NCBI GenBank assembly: GCA_963730185.1
Contig: CAVSQW010000002.1
Span: 64,001 to 128,000 of the forward strand
Direction: 5' to 3'
Source of the DNA: an uncultured Gemmatimonadales bacterium
GTDB lineage: Bacteria > Gemmatimonadota > Gemmatimonadetes > Gemmatimonadales > GWC2-71-9
DNA length: 64,000 nt
Each line of letters opens with the position of its first letter. Position 1 is the stretch's first letter. Positions 47,170 through 57,517 of the stretch are shown here, one piece after another. The notes under the pieces are model-generated. The model was not told the DNA's origin and made no database searches. It was given only the letters and a program-made list of their open reading frames with translations. A program made the position numbers and the translations under genes.

Positions 47170-47846
47170 CCCGTCGGCGACTGGCCCTCGGCGTGCTGGT
47201 CACCGCGGTGGTCGCGACCGGCGTATGGCTGGCGCCTCGGGGCCTCCGGCGCCTCGCGATCTTCGACGTCCGCCGGGTTGAGCTCGTCGGCACCCGGTTC
47301 CTCGAGCCATCGCACCTGATTGCCGTGCTCGGGCTGCCGCCGGGAGCCAACATCTTCGATCCGACCGAGCCGCTCGAGCGCCGGTTGTTCACGGTCCGGG
47401 GGGTGGCCAGGATCACGATCCACCGGCGGATTCCCGGCACCCTGGTGCTCGAGATCCAGGAGCGACCGCCGGTGGCGCTGGCCCGGACCGACGACGGACT
47501 GGTGCTGGTGGACCGGGAGGGCCGGGCGCTTCCCTACGATCCGGCCGGCGTCGACGTTGATCTCCCCATCGCCGACGCCGATTCGGCCGTGCTCGGGGTG
47601 GTGGAACGAGTGCGGGAGACCGATCCCGAGCTCTTCGCCAAAGTGGTGGCCGCGGTGCGGGCGCCGCACGCCGTGGTGCTGGAGATCCCCGGCCACCGGC
47701 TGCTGCTGTCGCTGGGGGCCACGCCCAGGGAGATCGAGGACCTGGGGTTGGTGCTGCACGAGGCGGCCCGGCGGGGGCTCGCGGCGGCGGAGTTCGACGC
47801 CCGGTTCGCGGGGCGGGTCATCGTGCGCGGAGGACGGAGCTCATGA
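47166..47846 (+). CDS. ftsQ: Cell division protein FtsQ/DivIB
   Basis: TM plus POTRA (RRIPGTLVLEIQERPPVA), DARF; upstream of ftsA. Confidence 0.88.
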   Translation: MTRRRLALGVLVTAVVATGVWLAPRGLRRLAIFDVRRVELVGTRFLEPSHLIAVLGLPPGANIFDPTEPLERRLFTVRGVARITIHRRIPGTLVLEIQERPPVALARTDDGLVLVDREGRALPYDPAGVDVDLPIADADSAVLGVVERVRETDPELFAKVVAAVRAPHAVVLEIPGHRLLLSLGATPREIEDLGLVLHEAARRGLAAAEFDARFAGRVIVRGGRSS

Positions 47847-49096
47847 CGACGACGGAGCGGCTGGTGGCCGCGCTCGATCTGGGAACGACCCGGGTGCTCG
47901 CCGCGATCGGTGAGGTCACCGGCGATGCCCGGGCCCCGGGCGTCCGGGTGCTGGGCGTGGGGTCGGAGCGGACCACCGGCATCCGCCGGGGCGTGGTCCG
48001 CGACATCGAGGAGACCACCCGGGCGATCGGCCGGGCGTTGAAGGACGCCCAGCTGATGGCGGGGGTCGAGGTCGGGACGGTCTACTGTGGAGTGGCGGGC
48101 GAACACCTGGCCGGGCGGATCTCGCACGGAGTGGTTTCGGTCACCGGCAATGAAATCCGGACCGCTGACGTGGCCCGGGTCAACGATGTCGCCGCCAACG
48201 TGTCGTTCAGTCGCGATCACGAGCTGCTCCACGCCATTCCCCAGGACTATCTGGTGGACCAACAGGGCGGGATCACCGATCCGATTGGGATGATCGGCTC
48301 CCGGCTCGAGGCCGAGGTGTATCTGGTCACGGTGCTGACCAGCGCGCTGGTCAATCTCAAGAAGTGCGTCGAGCGGGCCGGTTTCCACGTAGCCGAGTTC
48401 GTGCTCGAGCCGCTGGCGGCGTCGCTGGCGGTGCTCACGCCCGACGAGCGCGAGCTGGGCTGCGCCATCGTGGAGCTCGGGGGCGGGTCCACCAACGTCT
48501 CCGTCTTTCAGAACGGCACCATCCGGCACACCGCCTCGCTGATGTTCGCGGGCGGGCACGTCACCAACGACATCGTCCACGGGCTCCAGGTCCCCCAGGT
48601 CGAGGCCGAGCGGCTCAAGGAAGCCTCGGGGGCGGCCTACGAGCACCAGGTGGGAGACGACGAGACGATCGACCTGGCCGGCGCCCCGGGGCAGCCGGCC
48701 CGGCAGGCGTCGCGACGGGTGCTCGCCCACATCATGCACATGCGGATGCAGGAAATTCTCGAGCTGGCGGTCGACGAGCTCAACCGCACGGGGTACCGCC
48801 AGCGGCTCTCTTCGGGCATCGTGCTTACCGGGGGAGGGGCGGAGGCCCCCGGGGTCGTGGACCTGGCCCGCGAGGTGTTCGCCCTGCCGGTCCGAATCGG
48901 GATGCCGGGCGCGGGCCTGAGCGGCCTGGTGGATCGGGTGCAGAGTCCCCGGCTCACGGTGCCGGTCGGGCTCCTGCTCTACGGCGCGAAGCAGGGAGGG
49001 CAGAGTGGTGGGTTCGCGGCCGCCGCGCGTCGCGCGGCGCCGCCCGTGGATCGCGTGATCGGCCCCGTCAAGCGTTGGCTACAGGACTTCTTCTGA
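47843..49096 (+). CDS. ftsA: Cell division protein FtsA
   Basis: LDLGTT, LEPLAA, ELGGGST, AERLKE, VLTGGG, C-terminal amphipathic helix KRWLQDFF. Confidence 0.97.
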   Translation: MTTTERLVAALDLGTTRVLAAIGEVTGDARAPGVRVLGVGSERTTGIRRGVVRDIEETTRAIGRALKDAQLMAGVEVGTVYCGVAGEHLAGRISHGVVSVTGNEIRTADVARVNDVAANVSFSRDHELLHAIPQDYLVDQQGGITDPIGMIGSRLEAEVYLVTVLTSALVNLKKCVERAGFHVAEFVLEPLAASLAVLTPDERELGCAIVELGGGSTNVSVFQNGTIRHTASLMFAGGHVTNDIVHGLQVPQVEAERLKEASGAAYEHQVGDDETIDLAGAPGQPARQASRRVLAHIMHMRMQEILELAVDELNRTGYRQRLSSGIVLTGGGAEAPGVVDLAREVFALPVRIGMPGAGLSGLVDRVQSPRLTVPVGLLLYGAKQGGQSGGFAAAARRAAPPVDRVIGPVKRWLQDFF

Positions 49097-49118
49097 GGAC
49101 AGGCACGAGGAACCGGAC

Positions 49119-50288
49119 ATGACCTTCCGAATCGAAGATCCGCAGACGCAGAACGCGCGGATGAAGGTGATCGGCGTCGGTGGCGGCGGCGGCAACGCCG
49201 TCAACCGGATGATCGAAGAGCGCCTGGTCGGCGTCGAGTTCATCTCGGTGAACACCGACGCCCAGGCGCTCACCTCCAACCGGGCCGACGTGAAGGTCCA
49301 GATCGGGAAGAAGCTCACCCGAGGGCTCGGCGCGGGCGCCCGGCCGGAGATCGGCCGCCAGGCGATCGACGAGAACCGCGACGAGGTGCTCGAGGCCATG
49401 CAGGGCGCGGACCTGGTGTTCGTGACCTGCGGCATGGGTGGTGGCACCGGCACCGGGGCCGCCCCGGTCATCGCCCAGATGGCCAAGGACGTCGGCGCCC
49501 TCACGGTGGGGATCGTCACCAAGCCCTTCCTGTTCGAGGGCAAGAAGCGGATGAAGCAGGCCGACACCGGCATCGCCGAGATGCGGCTCAACGTCGACAC
49601 CATGATCGTGGTGCCGAACGAGCGGCTGCTGGCGGTGGTGGGGAAGGGCATCCTCTTCCAGGACGCCCTGAAGAAGGCCGACGAGGTGCTGCTCCACGCC
49701 ACCCAGGGCATCGCCGGCCTGATCACCGCGACCGGAATGATCAACGTCGACTTCGCCGACGTCCGGACCGTGATGCAGAACGGCGGCTCTGCTCTGATGG
49801 GGACCGGCAGCGGTCGGGGTGAGAACCGGGCCCTCGAGGCGGCTCAGCAGGCCATCTCGAGCCCGCTCCTCGACAACGTCTCGATCGGCGGGGCCACCGG
49901 CGTGCTGATCAACATCCTGGGCGGCGACTTGACCATGGGCGAAGTGACCCAGATCAGCGAGATCGTCCACGACGCCGCCGGCGACGAGGCCGAGATCATC
50001 TTCGGCGCCGCGATCGACCAGACGCTGCAGGGCGAGATCCGGGTCACGGTGATCGCGACCGGGTTCGACCGCGCCGTGACCGGCGACGTGCCGCTCGGCG
50101 TGAGCCCCTCGTCCCCGAAGACCCCGGGCGTGCTGCCGTTCCCGAGTGCCCGGAAGGCGTCGCCCCCCGCCGCCCAGCAGGGTGGTGGCGCCCGCCCGCC
50201 GGTTCCGCCCCGGCCGGCCCCGGGCTACCCTGGTGGGGACGTGCCGGACATGGAAATCCCGACCTTCATTCGGCGGCAGATGGACTGA
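49119..50288 (+). CDS. ftsZ: Cell division protein FtsZ
   Basis: GGGTGTG, INVDFAD, C-terminal EIPTFIRRQMD. Confidence 0.99.
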   Translation: MTFRIEDPQTQNARMKVIGVGGGGGNAVNRMIEERLVGVEFISVNTDAQALTSNRADVKVQIGKKLTRGLGAGARPEIGRQAIDENRDEVLEAMQGADLVFVTCGMGGGTGTGAAPVIAQMAKDVGALTVGIVTKPFLFEGKKRMKQADTGIAEMRLNVDTMIVVPNERLLAVVGKGILFQDALKKADEVLLHATQGIAGLITATGMINVDFADVRTVMQNGGSALMGTGSGRGENRALEAAQQAISSPLLDNVSIGGATGVLINILGGDLTMGEVTQISEIVHDAAGDEAEIIFGAAIDQTLQGEIRVTVIATGFDRAVTGDVPLGVSPSSPKTPGVLPFPSARKASPPAAQQGGGARPPVPPRPAPGYPGGDVPDMEIPTFIRRQMD

Positions 50289-51547
50289 TGCGGCGGCGGT
50301 TGCTCGGGGTACTGGCTTCGCTCGTGGTGCTGGCCGGCGCCGGATCGCTGGCGCTCGGGGGCTCCTGGCCCTGGCGCCGAATCAAGGAACAGCCGCCCGC
50401 GCCGATCGGCCCGGTGCTCACCTCGTCGACCGATACGCTCCGCTCGGGCGAGCCGCTCGGCGCGCTGTTCGGTCGCCACGGGATCGGCGCCGTCGAGCTC
50501 CCGAGAGTGGTCGGCCTGCTTGGGCTGGATCCGCGGCGGGTCCGGGCCGGTCAGGTCTTTCGGTTCGCCCACGTCGAGGCCGACTCGGTGGTCGCCCAGA
50601 TCACCCTCCGCCGGAGCCCCACCGAGCAGGTCCGCCTCCACCGCGGGGCCGACGACAGCACCTGGGTCGCCGAGGTCCACGAGATCCACTGGACGCCGCA
50701 CCCGGTCCGCGTCGAGGGGACGATCACTACCTCGCTCTACGACGCGATGGCCGACGCCCGGGCCGACCTCGACCTGTCCACCGGCGACCGCATCAACCTC
50801 GCCTGGGATCTGGCCGACGTCTTTGCCTGGCAGGTCGATTTCTCGCGTGACCTCCAGGAGGGCGACCGCTTTGCGGTGGTCTTCGAGGAGGAGCAGTCCG
50901 ACCTGGGCGAGACCCGGGTGGGCCGGGTGCTGGCCAGCCGGCTCGACGTGGGCGGCCGGGCGCTGAGCGCGTTTCTCTTTCCCGAAGACGGCCGGCCCGA
51001 GTACTTCGACGCCGACGGTGAGTCGCTCCGTCGGGCCTTCCTTCGCGCGCCGGTCGAGTTCCGGCGGATCTCGTCCGGGTTCAGCCGGGCCCGGAAGCAC
51101 CCGATTCTGGGCATCTTTCGGCGGCACCAGGGTGTGGACTACGCCGCCGACGCCGGCACACCCGTCCTCGCGGCCGCCGACGGCACCGTCCGTTCGGCCG
51201 GCTGGGCCGGTGGCTACGGCCGGATGATCGAGCTTCGCCACCGGAACGGGATTACCACTCGCTACGCCCACCTCCGAGCCTTCGCGACAGGTCTCCGGCC
51301 CGGACGGCTGGTGAGCCAGGGCGAGGTGATCGGTTACGTTGGCTCCTCCGGCCTGGCCACCGCGGCGCACCTCCACTACGAGTTTCGCCAGAACGGGGTG
51401 GCTCTCGATCCCCGCCGAGTCGATCCCGGCGCCGGCGAGCCCGTGCCGACCGATCAGCGGGTTGCCTTCCTGGCGGAGCGCGACCGGCTGCTCATGCTGC
51501 TCCGTTCGACCCCGACCCCGGTGACCATGGCCGACGGGTCGGACTAG
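50288..51547 (+). CDS. M23 family peptidoglycan DD-endopeptidase (MepM/Csd3-like)
   Basis: HQGVD, YAHL, HLHYE. Confidence 0.92.
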   Translation: MRRRLLGVLASLVVLAGAGSLALGGSWPWRRIKEQPPAPIGPVLTSSTDTLRSGEPLGALFGRHGIGAVELPRVVGLLGLDPRRVRAGQVFRFAHVEADSVVAQITLRRSPTEQVRLHRGADDSTWVAEVHEIHWTPHPVRVEGTITTSLYDAMADARADLDLSTGDRINLAWDLADVFAWQVDFSRDLQEGDRFAVVFEEEQSDLGETRVGRVLASRLDVGGRALSAFLFPEDGRPEYFDADGESLRRAFLRAPVEFRRISSGFSRARKHPILGIFRRHQGVDYAADAGTPVLAAADGTVRSAGWAGGYGRMIELRHRNGITTRYAHLRAFATGLRPGRLVSQGEVIGYVGSSGLATAAHLHYEFRQNGVALDPRRVDPGAGEPVPTDQRVAFLAERDRLLMLLRSTPTPVTMADGSD

Positions 51548-51593
51548 CCTCCTCTGCCTGCCCGTCGTTCCCCTCCGCGGCTAGCTTCAGCCC

Positions 51594-53384
51594 GTGCTGG
51601 TGACACTCGTCCTCCTGGCCGCCGCGGTCCTCGCGGCGGGGACCTACCTCGGCGTCGAGCGCCTCGGGCGAAAGGCCGTCGTGCCGATCGTGCTTCGGAC
51701 GGCGACCTACGGGGCCACCGGACTGCTGATCGCCAACGTGTCCTGTCCTCGTCCTCCGACCGCGACCCGGCCGCTCGCGCTGCTCGATGCATCGCTGAGC
51801 ATGGCCCAAGTCGACGGCGGATGGTCGAGGGCGAAGGCCGAGGCCGCCCGCTTGGGCGACGTCCGCCTGGTGGGCGCCGCGTCGCCGGCAGACTCGGTCC
51901 CGACCGGGGGGCGCTCGCTGGTCGCGTCCGACGTGATCGCCGCGGCGGCGGGCGGGCGGCCGGTATGGCTGGTGACCGACGGCGCCGTCGAGGACGCCGA
52001 CGAAATTCCGCCCGATATCCGGCGCCGGATCGGGGTCGCGATCGTGCCGCATCCCGCCGGCGCCGACCTGGCGATCACCCGGGTCGAGGTGCCGGAGCGG
52101 GTGGCGGCCGGCGACACGCTCCGACTCGATCTCGAGGTCACCGGCTTCGGCGAGCCGCCCCGTCGCGAGGTGGTGGTGGAGGTTCGCTCCGAGGGCCGGC
52201 GCTGGTTGGCCGGAACCCTCCAGGCCGGTCCAGGCACGACCTCGCTCCACCTTCAGGGCCCCGTGCCGCCGGTGGCCGCCGGCCCGCATCTGGTCGAGAT
52301 CGCGCTCCAGGACGCCGGCGACGCCGACCCCCGAACCGACCGCCGCCTCGCCGTGATTACGGTTACGCCCACGCCGGGCATCGTGCTCGTGGCAGCGCCC
52401 GGCGACTGGGAGAGCCGCTTCCTCTACCGGGCCCTGCTCGACGTGGCGGCCCTGCCGGTGCGCGGGTACCTGGGCCTCGAGGGTGGCCAGTGGCGGCGGA
52501 TGGGCGACCTGGCCCACGTCTCGGCCACCGAAGTCGACCAGGCCGCGGCCCGGGCCGATCTCCTCGCGCTGGTCGGCGACGTGCCCGAGCGGATCCGCCG
52601 GCTCCGGGTCCGGGGGCGCTGGGACTTCGTGGCGACCCGGCCGTCGAGCGCGCCGGCGGCGGGCGACTGGTATCTCGCGCCGGGTGGCGCGTCGCCGGTG
52701 AGCGGCGCCTTCGTCGGGCTTCCGATCGACAGCTTCCCGCCGGCGGTTGCCCTGGCGGCGGTGCCCGCGGGACCCGGCGACTGGGTCGGACTCACCGCCC
52801 AGCTCAATCGGCGGGGGCTCGCTCGCCCCGCCGTCGTGGGGCGCGACTCGGCCGGGCGCCGCGAGATGCTGGTGGCCGTCGACGGGCTCTGGCGCTGGGG
52901 TTTCCGCGGTGGCGCAAGCGAGGAAGCGTACCGCGCTTGGGTGGCCGCCGCCGCCTCCTGGCTTCTCGGCGGCACCGACTCCACCACCGGCGCGGCCCAT
53001 CCGATCAAATCGGTGGTCGAGCAGGGCCGCCCGCTGATCTTCGAGCGAACCCGGCCGGACTCGGTGCCACTGCCGATCGAGCTGACGACCAATGGTGTGC
53101 GGCGGTCTGACACGCTCCGGTTCGACGGCGCCGGCCGGGCAGAGCTTCGACTGCCGCCGGGCGGATACGGCTACCGACTCGCCGGCGGCGGGACCGGCAT
53201 GGTGGCGGTGGAGGAGTTCACCGACGAGTGGCTTTCCCGTCCGGTGACCCTCTCGGCCCACCAGCCGACCGGCGGTCTCCCTCCCGGGCGCGAACCGCTC
53301 CGCGATCTGCCGTGGCTCTTCGGGATCGCGATCGCGGCCCTGTCGGGAGAGTGGTGGTGGCGTCGCCGAGCCGGGCTCCGCTGA
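51594..53384 (+). CDS. Membrane protein with vWA-like MIDAS and Ig-like domains
   Basis: N-terminal TMs, LLDASLSM (DxSxS), LVTDG, DLAITRVEVP, C-terminal TM with EWWWRRRAGL. Confidence 0.6.
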   Translation: MLVTLVLLAAAVLAAGTYLGVERLGRKAVVPIVLRTATYGATGLLIANVSCPRPPTATRPLALLDASLSMAQVDGGWSRAKAEAARLGDVRLVGAASPADSVPTGGRSLVASDVIAAAAGGRPVWLVTDGAVEDADEIPPDIRRRIGVAIVPHPAGADLAITRVEVPERVAAGDTLRLDLEVTGFGEPPRREVVVEVRSEGRRWLAGTLQAGPGTTSLHLQGPVPPVAAGPHLVEIALQDAGDADPRTDRRLAVITVTPTPGIVLVAAPGDWESRFLYRALLDVAALPVRGYLGLEGGQWRRMGDLAHVSATEVDQAAARADLLALVGDVPERIRRLRVRGRWDFVATRPSSAPAAGDWYLAPGGASPVSGAFVGLPIDSFPPAVALAAVPAGPGDWVGLTAQLNRRGLARPAVVGRDSAGRREMLVAVDGLWRWGFRGGASEEAYRAWVAAAASWLLGGTDSTTGAAHPIKSVVEQGRPLIFERTRPDSVPLPIELTTNGVRRSDTLRFDGAGRAELRLPPGGYGYRLAGGGTGMVAVEEFTDEWLSRPVTLSAHQPTGGLPPGREPLRDLPWLFGIAIAALSGEWWWRRRAGLR

Positions 53385-53401
53385 CGGATTAGCTTTCCAG
53401 C

Positions 53402-54343
53402 ATGGCATCCAATCGCATCACGGCCGGCAAGCGGCTCGGCCTCTGGGGGCGTCTCAAACGCCTGGCGCTCACCGACGTCGGGGCCCTGGTCCGGGGCTTC
53501 AAGGCGGCCGACATCGAGGCCATGGAGCGGACCCTGCTCGAGGCCGATCTCGGCATCGGGGCGACGACCGAGATCGTCGACCTGCTCGACGAGGCGGTCC
53601 GGCGGGGGAAGCTCAAGTCGGAGGATGATCTCAAGGCGGCCATCGTCGATCGGATCGCGACCCTGCTGGCCGGGCCAGACGACCCGGCTCGCCTCGCCCG
53701 AGCGGCGACCGGACCGACGGTCGTGTTGGTGATGGGAGTGAATGGGAGCGGCAAGACCACCACCGTCGCCAAGCTGGGACACCGCTACGCCCGCTCCGGC
53801 GACTCGGTCCTGCTGGTGGCGGCCGACACCTATCGGGCCGGCGCCATCGACCAGCTCAAGACCTGGGCGGATCGGCTCAAGCTCCCCTGCGTGGCTGGGG
53901 CGCCCGGCGGTGATCCGGCCGCGGTCGCCTTCGACGGCATCGAGGCGGCCGCGGCTCGCGGGTCGAGTCTGGTGCTGATCGACACGGCGGGCCGGCTCCA
54001 CACCCAGGAGGGGCTGATGGACGAGCTCCGGAAGGTGGGGCGGGTGGTGGGTCGGAAGGCCGCCGGCGCGCCGCACGAATGCCTGCTGGTGCTCGACGGC
54101 ACGGTGGGGCAGAACGCGGTCCAGCAAGGCAAGCTCTTCGCTCAGGCCATCCCGCCCACGGGCCTGGTGGTGACCAAGCTCGACGGCAGTGCCCGGGGAG
54201 GCGCGGTCGTGGCGCTCCGGCGCGAGCTCGAGGTCCCGATCCGCTTCATCGGGGTCGGCGAAGGCGTCGACGACCTGCTGCCGTTCGATCCCCGGGCGTT
54301 CGCCGAGGAGCTGCTCGCCGACGACGATCGGCCGGAGTCCTGA
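53402..54343 (+). CDS. ftsY: SRP receptor FtsY
   Basis: GVNGSGKTTT, DTAGR, TKLDG. Confidence 0.97.
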   Translation: MASNRITAGKRLGLWGRLKRLALTDVGALVRGFKAADIEAMERTLLEADLGIGATTEIVDLLDEAVRRGKLKSEDDLKAAIVDRIATLLAGPDDPARLARAATGPTVVLVMGVNGSGKTTTVAKLGHRYARSGDSVLLVAADTYRAGAIDQLKTWADRLKLPCVAGAPGGDPAAVAFDGIEAAAARGSSLVLIDTAGRLHTQEGLMDELRKVGRVVGRKAAGAPHECLLVLDGTVGQNAVQQGKLFAQAIPPTGLVVTKLDGSARGGAVVALRRELEVPIRFIGVGEGVDDLLPFDPRAFAEELLADDDRPES

Positions 54344-54360
54344 CCAGCGGTCGCCGGCCC

Positions 54361-56433
54361 ATGCCGACGCTCAGGCTCGACACCCCCGTCAAGTTCCTGA
54401 AGGGCATCGGTGAGCATCGCGCCGAGGCGCTCGGCCGGCTCGGGGTCCGGACCGCCCACGACCTCCTCTGGCACCTCCCCCATCGCTACGTCGACGCGTC
54501 GTCCGTCACCCCGATCGTCAAGCTCCGGATCGGCGAAGATGCCGCCGCGGCCGGCCGGGTCGTCGCCAAGGGGATCCTCCCCACCCGGAAGGGAATCCGG
54601 ATCTTCCACGCCGTGCTCCGCGACGCGAGCGGGGCGATCGAGTGCGTTTGGCCGGGGCAGGCCTTTCTGGACCGGACCATCGAAGTGGGTCAGGTCCTGT
54701 TGGTGGCGGGACCGGTCCGCTTCTACCACGGCCGCCAGATGGCGCCCCGGGAATACCAGATCCTGAGCGAAGGCGCGGAGGGCGACGACGACGACCCGAT
54801 CAACGGTGGCCGGGTGCTGCCGGTCTACCCGGCGACGCAGGGCATGAGCCACAAGGTGATCCGGGGCCTGATCGGCCGCCACCTCGACGCCCTCATCGCC
54901 CTCTCTCGCGAGATCCTTCCCGAGGACCTTCGGACCCGCTTCGACCTCCCGCCGCTGCCGGACGCCCTCCGCGCCGTGCACCACCCCGCGTCCGTGGCCG
55001 AGGCCGAGCGGGGCCGGCGCCGGCTGGCGCTGGACGAGCTGCTCGACCTCCAGCTGATGCTGGGCCGGGCTCGGCACGTGGCCAAGCGGGGTCGGACCGG
55101 GGTGCAGTTCGAGAATCGCCGCGAGCTCACCAGCCGCCTCAAGGACTCGCTGCCCTGGCCGCTCACCAAGGATCAACGACAGGCCGTCCGCGAGATCGTG
55201 GGCGACATGACCGCCACCGACCGGATGCACCGACTCCTGATGGGCGACGTCGGAACCGGCAAGACGGTCGTCGCTCTCTTCGGCATGCTGGTCGCGGTCG
55301 AGAACGGGTACCAGGCCGCCCTCATGGCGCCCACCGAGCTGCTGGCCGAGCAGCACTTCGCCACCCTGAGCCGGCTCCTCGAGCCCCTCGAGCTCGCCCC
55401 GGGACTCCTCCTCGGTCGCTTGCCCGCGTCGGACAAGCAGCAGGTCCGCCGGCAGCTCGAATCGGGCGCGATGCGTCTGGTCGTGGGAACCCACGCACTG
55501 CTGCAGGAGACGGTCAGCTTCCATCGGCTGGGCCTGGTGGTCATCGACGAGCAGCACCGGTTCGGTGTGGAGCAGCGGGCTGCGCTGATGGGGAAGGGAG
55601 ACGTCCCGGACGTCCTGCTCCTATCCGCCACCCCGATCCCGCGATCCCTGGCCCTGACCCGTTACGGCGACCTCGACCTGAGCCTGCTCAGGGAGCGGCC
55701 TCCGGGCCGGGGGACGATCCGGACCGCGATCCGGCCGGCCAAACAGCGGGACCGCGTGCTCGATTTCGTCCATGAGGCCTGTCTGGCCGGACGCCAGGCC
55801 TATGTCGTCCTGCCGCTGATCGACGAGACCGAAAAGGCCGATCTGCTCGCCGCCCGCACCACGGCCGACGTCCTGACCGGCCGCTGGCCGGACGTGTCGG
55901 TCGGCCTGGTGCACGGCAAGCTGAAGGCTCAGGAGCGCGATCAGGTGATGCGGGAGTTCCGGGAAGGGAGGGTCCAGGTCCTGGTCGCCACAACGGTGAT
56001 CGAGGTCGGGATCGATGTCCCCAATGCCTCGGTCATGGTGATCGAGCACCCGGAGCGGTTCGGGCTGGCGCAACTCCATCAGCTCCGCGGCCGGATTGGC
56101 CGGGGCGGCGACACCAGCCACTGCGTTCTGCTGGCGGATCGGCCCAGCCGCCGCCTCTCGGCCTTCGCCGCCACGACTGACGGCTTTCGGATCGCGGAGT
56201 TGGACCTCGAAGAGCGCCGCCAGGGCGACCTCCTGGGCCAGCGTCAATCGGGCGATGCCGACATCCGGGTGGCCCGCTTCCCGGACGATGCCGACCTGCT
56301 GGGCCAGGCCCGGGAGCTGGCCCGCGCAGTCCTCGGGGCCGATCCGGGGCTCGATCGATCCGAGCACCGGGCCCTTCGAGAGCGTGCGCTGGCTCGATAT
56401 CCCAAGGCAGAGGTGCTGTTTCGGGTCGGGTGA
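54361..56433 (+). CDS. recG: ATP-dependent DNA helicase RecG
   Basis: GDVGTGKT, DEQHRFG, ATPIPRSL, LHQLRGRIGRG. Confidence 0.98.
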   Translation: MPTLRLDTPVKFLKGIGEHRAEALGRLGVRTAHDLLWHLPHRYVDASSVTPIVKLRIGEDAAAAGRVVAKGILPTRKGIRIFHAVLRDASGAIECVWPGQAFLDRTIEVGQVLLVAGPVRFYHGRQMAPREYQILSEGAEGDDDDPINGGRVLPVYPATQGMSHKVIRGLIGRHLDALIALSREILPEDLRTRFDLPPLPDALRAVHHPASVAEAERGRRRLALDELLDLQLMLGRARHVAKRGRTGVQFENRRELTSRLKDSLPWPLTKDQRQAVREIVGDMTATDRMHRLLMGDVGTGKTVVALFGMLVAVENGYQAALMAPTELLAEQHFATLSRLLEPLELAPGLLLGRLPASDKQQVRRQLESGAMRLVVGTHALLQETVSFHRLGLVVIDEQHRFGVEQRAALMGKGDVPDVLLLSATPIPRSLALTRYGDLDLSLLRERPPGRGTIRTAIRPAKQRDRVLDFVHEACLAGRQAYVVLPLIDETEKADLLAARTTADVLTGRWPDVSVGLVHGKLKAQERDQVMREFREGRVQVLVATTVIEVGIDVPNASVMVIEHPERFGLAQLHQLRGRIGRGGDTSHCVLLADRPSRRLSAFAATTDGFRIAELDLEERRQGDLLGQRQSGDADIRVARFPDDADLLGQARELARAVLGADPGLDRSEHRALRERALARYPKAEVLFRVG

Positions 56434-56522
56434 GCAGTTGGGAGAGATCCTATTGATTGTCTGGAGGATACGGCTTGGACGAGTTGTGCGGTAGCACTCG
56501 TTTGTTGAAAAGAGACGCAACG

Positions 56523-56720
56523 ATGGTGCGACGAGTGTTGGCGGTCTGGTTTACGCTGGTCCTGGCGGTCATGCTCTACGTCACCGTCGCGGCCAGCCTG
56601 GGTGGGCTGGTCCTGCTCCTCGTCCTCGGCAACATCGCGATCGCCGGCTACCTCCTCTGGGCCCTGTCGCGTCTCGATCCGCGCGATGGGATCGACGGCC
56701 TCTTCCGGCGGGCCTCGTGA
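56523..56720 (+). pseudogene. DUF1475-like membrane protein, apparently internally deleted
   Basis: MLYVTVAAS joined directly to LLLVLGNIAIAGY; only 65 aa. Confidence 0.45.
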
Positions 56721-57517
56721 CGACCCTCTCAGCGGGCGAGGCGGCCGTCGCCGGGCTGGCGGGCTCGGTTGGCCTGATGGGGGCAGTGTGGCTGGCCAGC
56801 CTCGTCCGGCGCGACGCCAGCCTGATCGACCGCGCCTGGGGTCTTGGCTTCGTGGTGGCCGCCTGGTTGTACCGGCTGACGGCGCCGCCGGGCGGGAGCT
56901 GGGAGGGCTGGCTTCTGGTCGGGCTGGTCACGGTGTGGGGGCTTCGACTCTCCGCCTACCTCACATGGCGGAACTGGGGGCGCGGCGAAGATCCCCGCTA
57001 CCGAGCCATGCGGCAGGCGGCCGGCCGGTCCTTTCCCCTCCGCAGCTTGGTCACGGTCTTTGGGCTCCAGGCCGTGCTCCTCTGGATCATCTCGCTGGCC
57101 TTGCTGCCCGGCGCCCGTGCGGGCGGCAGGCCGGAGAGGTGGCTGGTCGGGGCGGGAGTGGCGCTCTGGATGGTCGGCTTCGTCTTCGAGGCCCTGGGCG
57201 ACTGGCAGTTGGCTCGCTTCAAGGCCGACCCGTCGACCCGGGGCCGGGTACTCGACCGCGGCGTCTGGCGGTGGACTCGCCACCCGAACTACTTCGGCGA
57301 CGCCTGCCTCTGGTGGGGGTTCTTCGCGTGCTCCGCGGCGGCGGGGGGCTGGTGGACGGTGTTCGCGCCGGCCCTGATGAACGTGCTCCTGCTCAAGGTG
57401 TCCGGGGTGGCCCTCTTGGAGCGAGGGTTGGTGGAGAGCAAGCCCGCCTATCGGGACTACGTGGCTCGAACCAGCGCCTTCATCCCCCGGCCGCCGAAGC
57501 GGGCCGCGGGGGGTTGA
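56717..57517 (+). CDS. DUF1295 (steroid 5-alpha-reductase-like) membrane protein
   Basis: DASLIDRAW, WGLRL, EDPRY, WRWTRHPNYFG. Confidence 0.92.
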   Translation: MTTLSAGEAAVAGLAGSVGLMGAVWLASLVRRDASLIDRAWGLGFVVAAWLYRLTAPPGGSWEGWLLVGLVTVWGLRLSAYLTWRNWGRGEDPRYRAMRQAAGRSFPLRSLVTVFGLQAVLLWIISLALLPGARAGGRPERWLVGAGVALWMVGFVFEALGDWQLARFKADPSTRGRVLDRGVWRWTRHPNYFGDACLWWGFFACSAAAGGWWTVFAPALMNVLLLKVSGVALLERGLVESKPAYRDYVARTSAFIPRPPKRAAGG

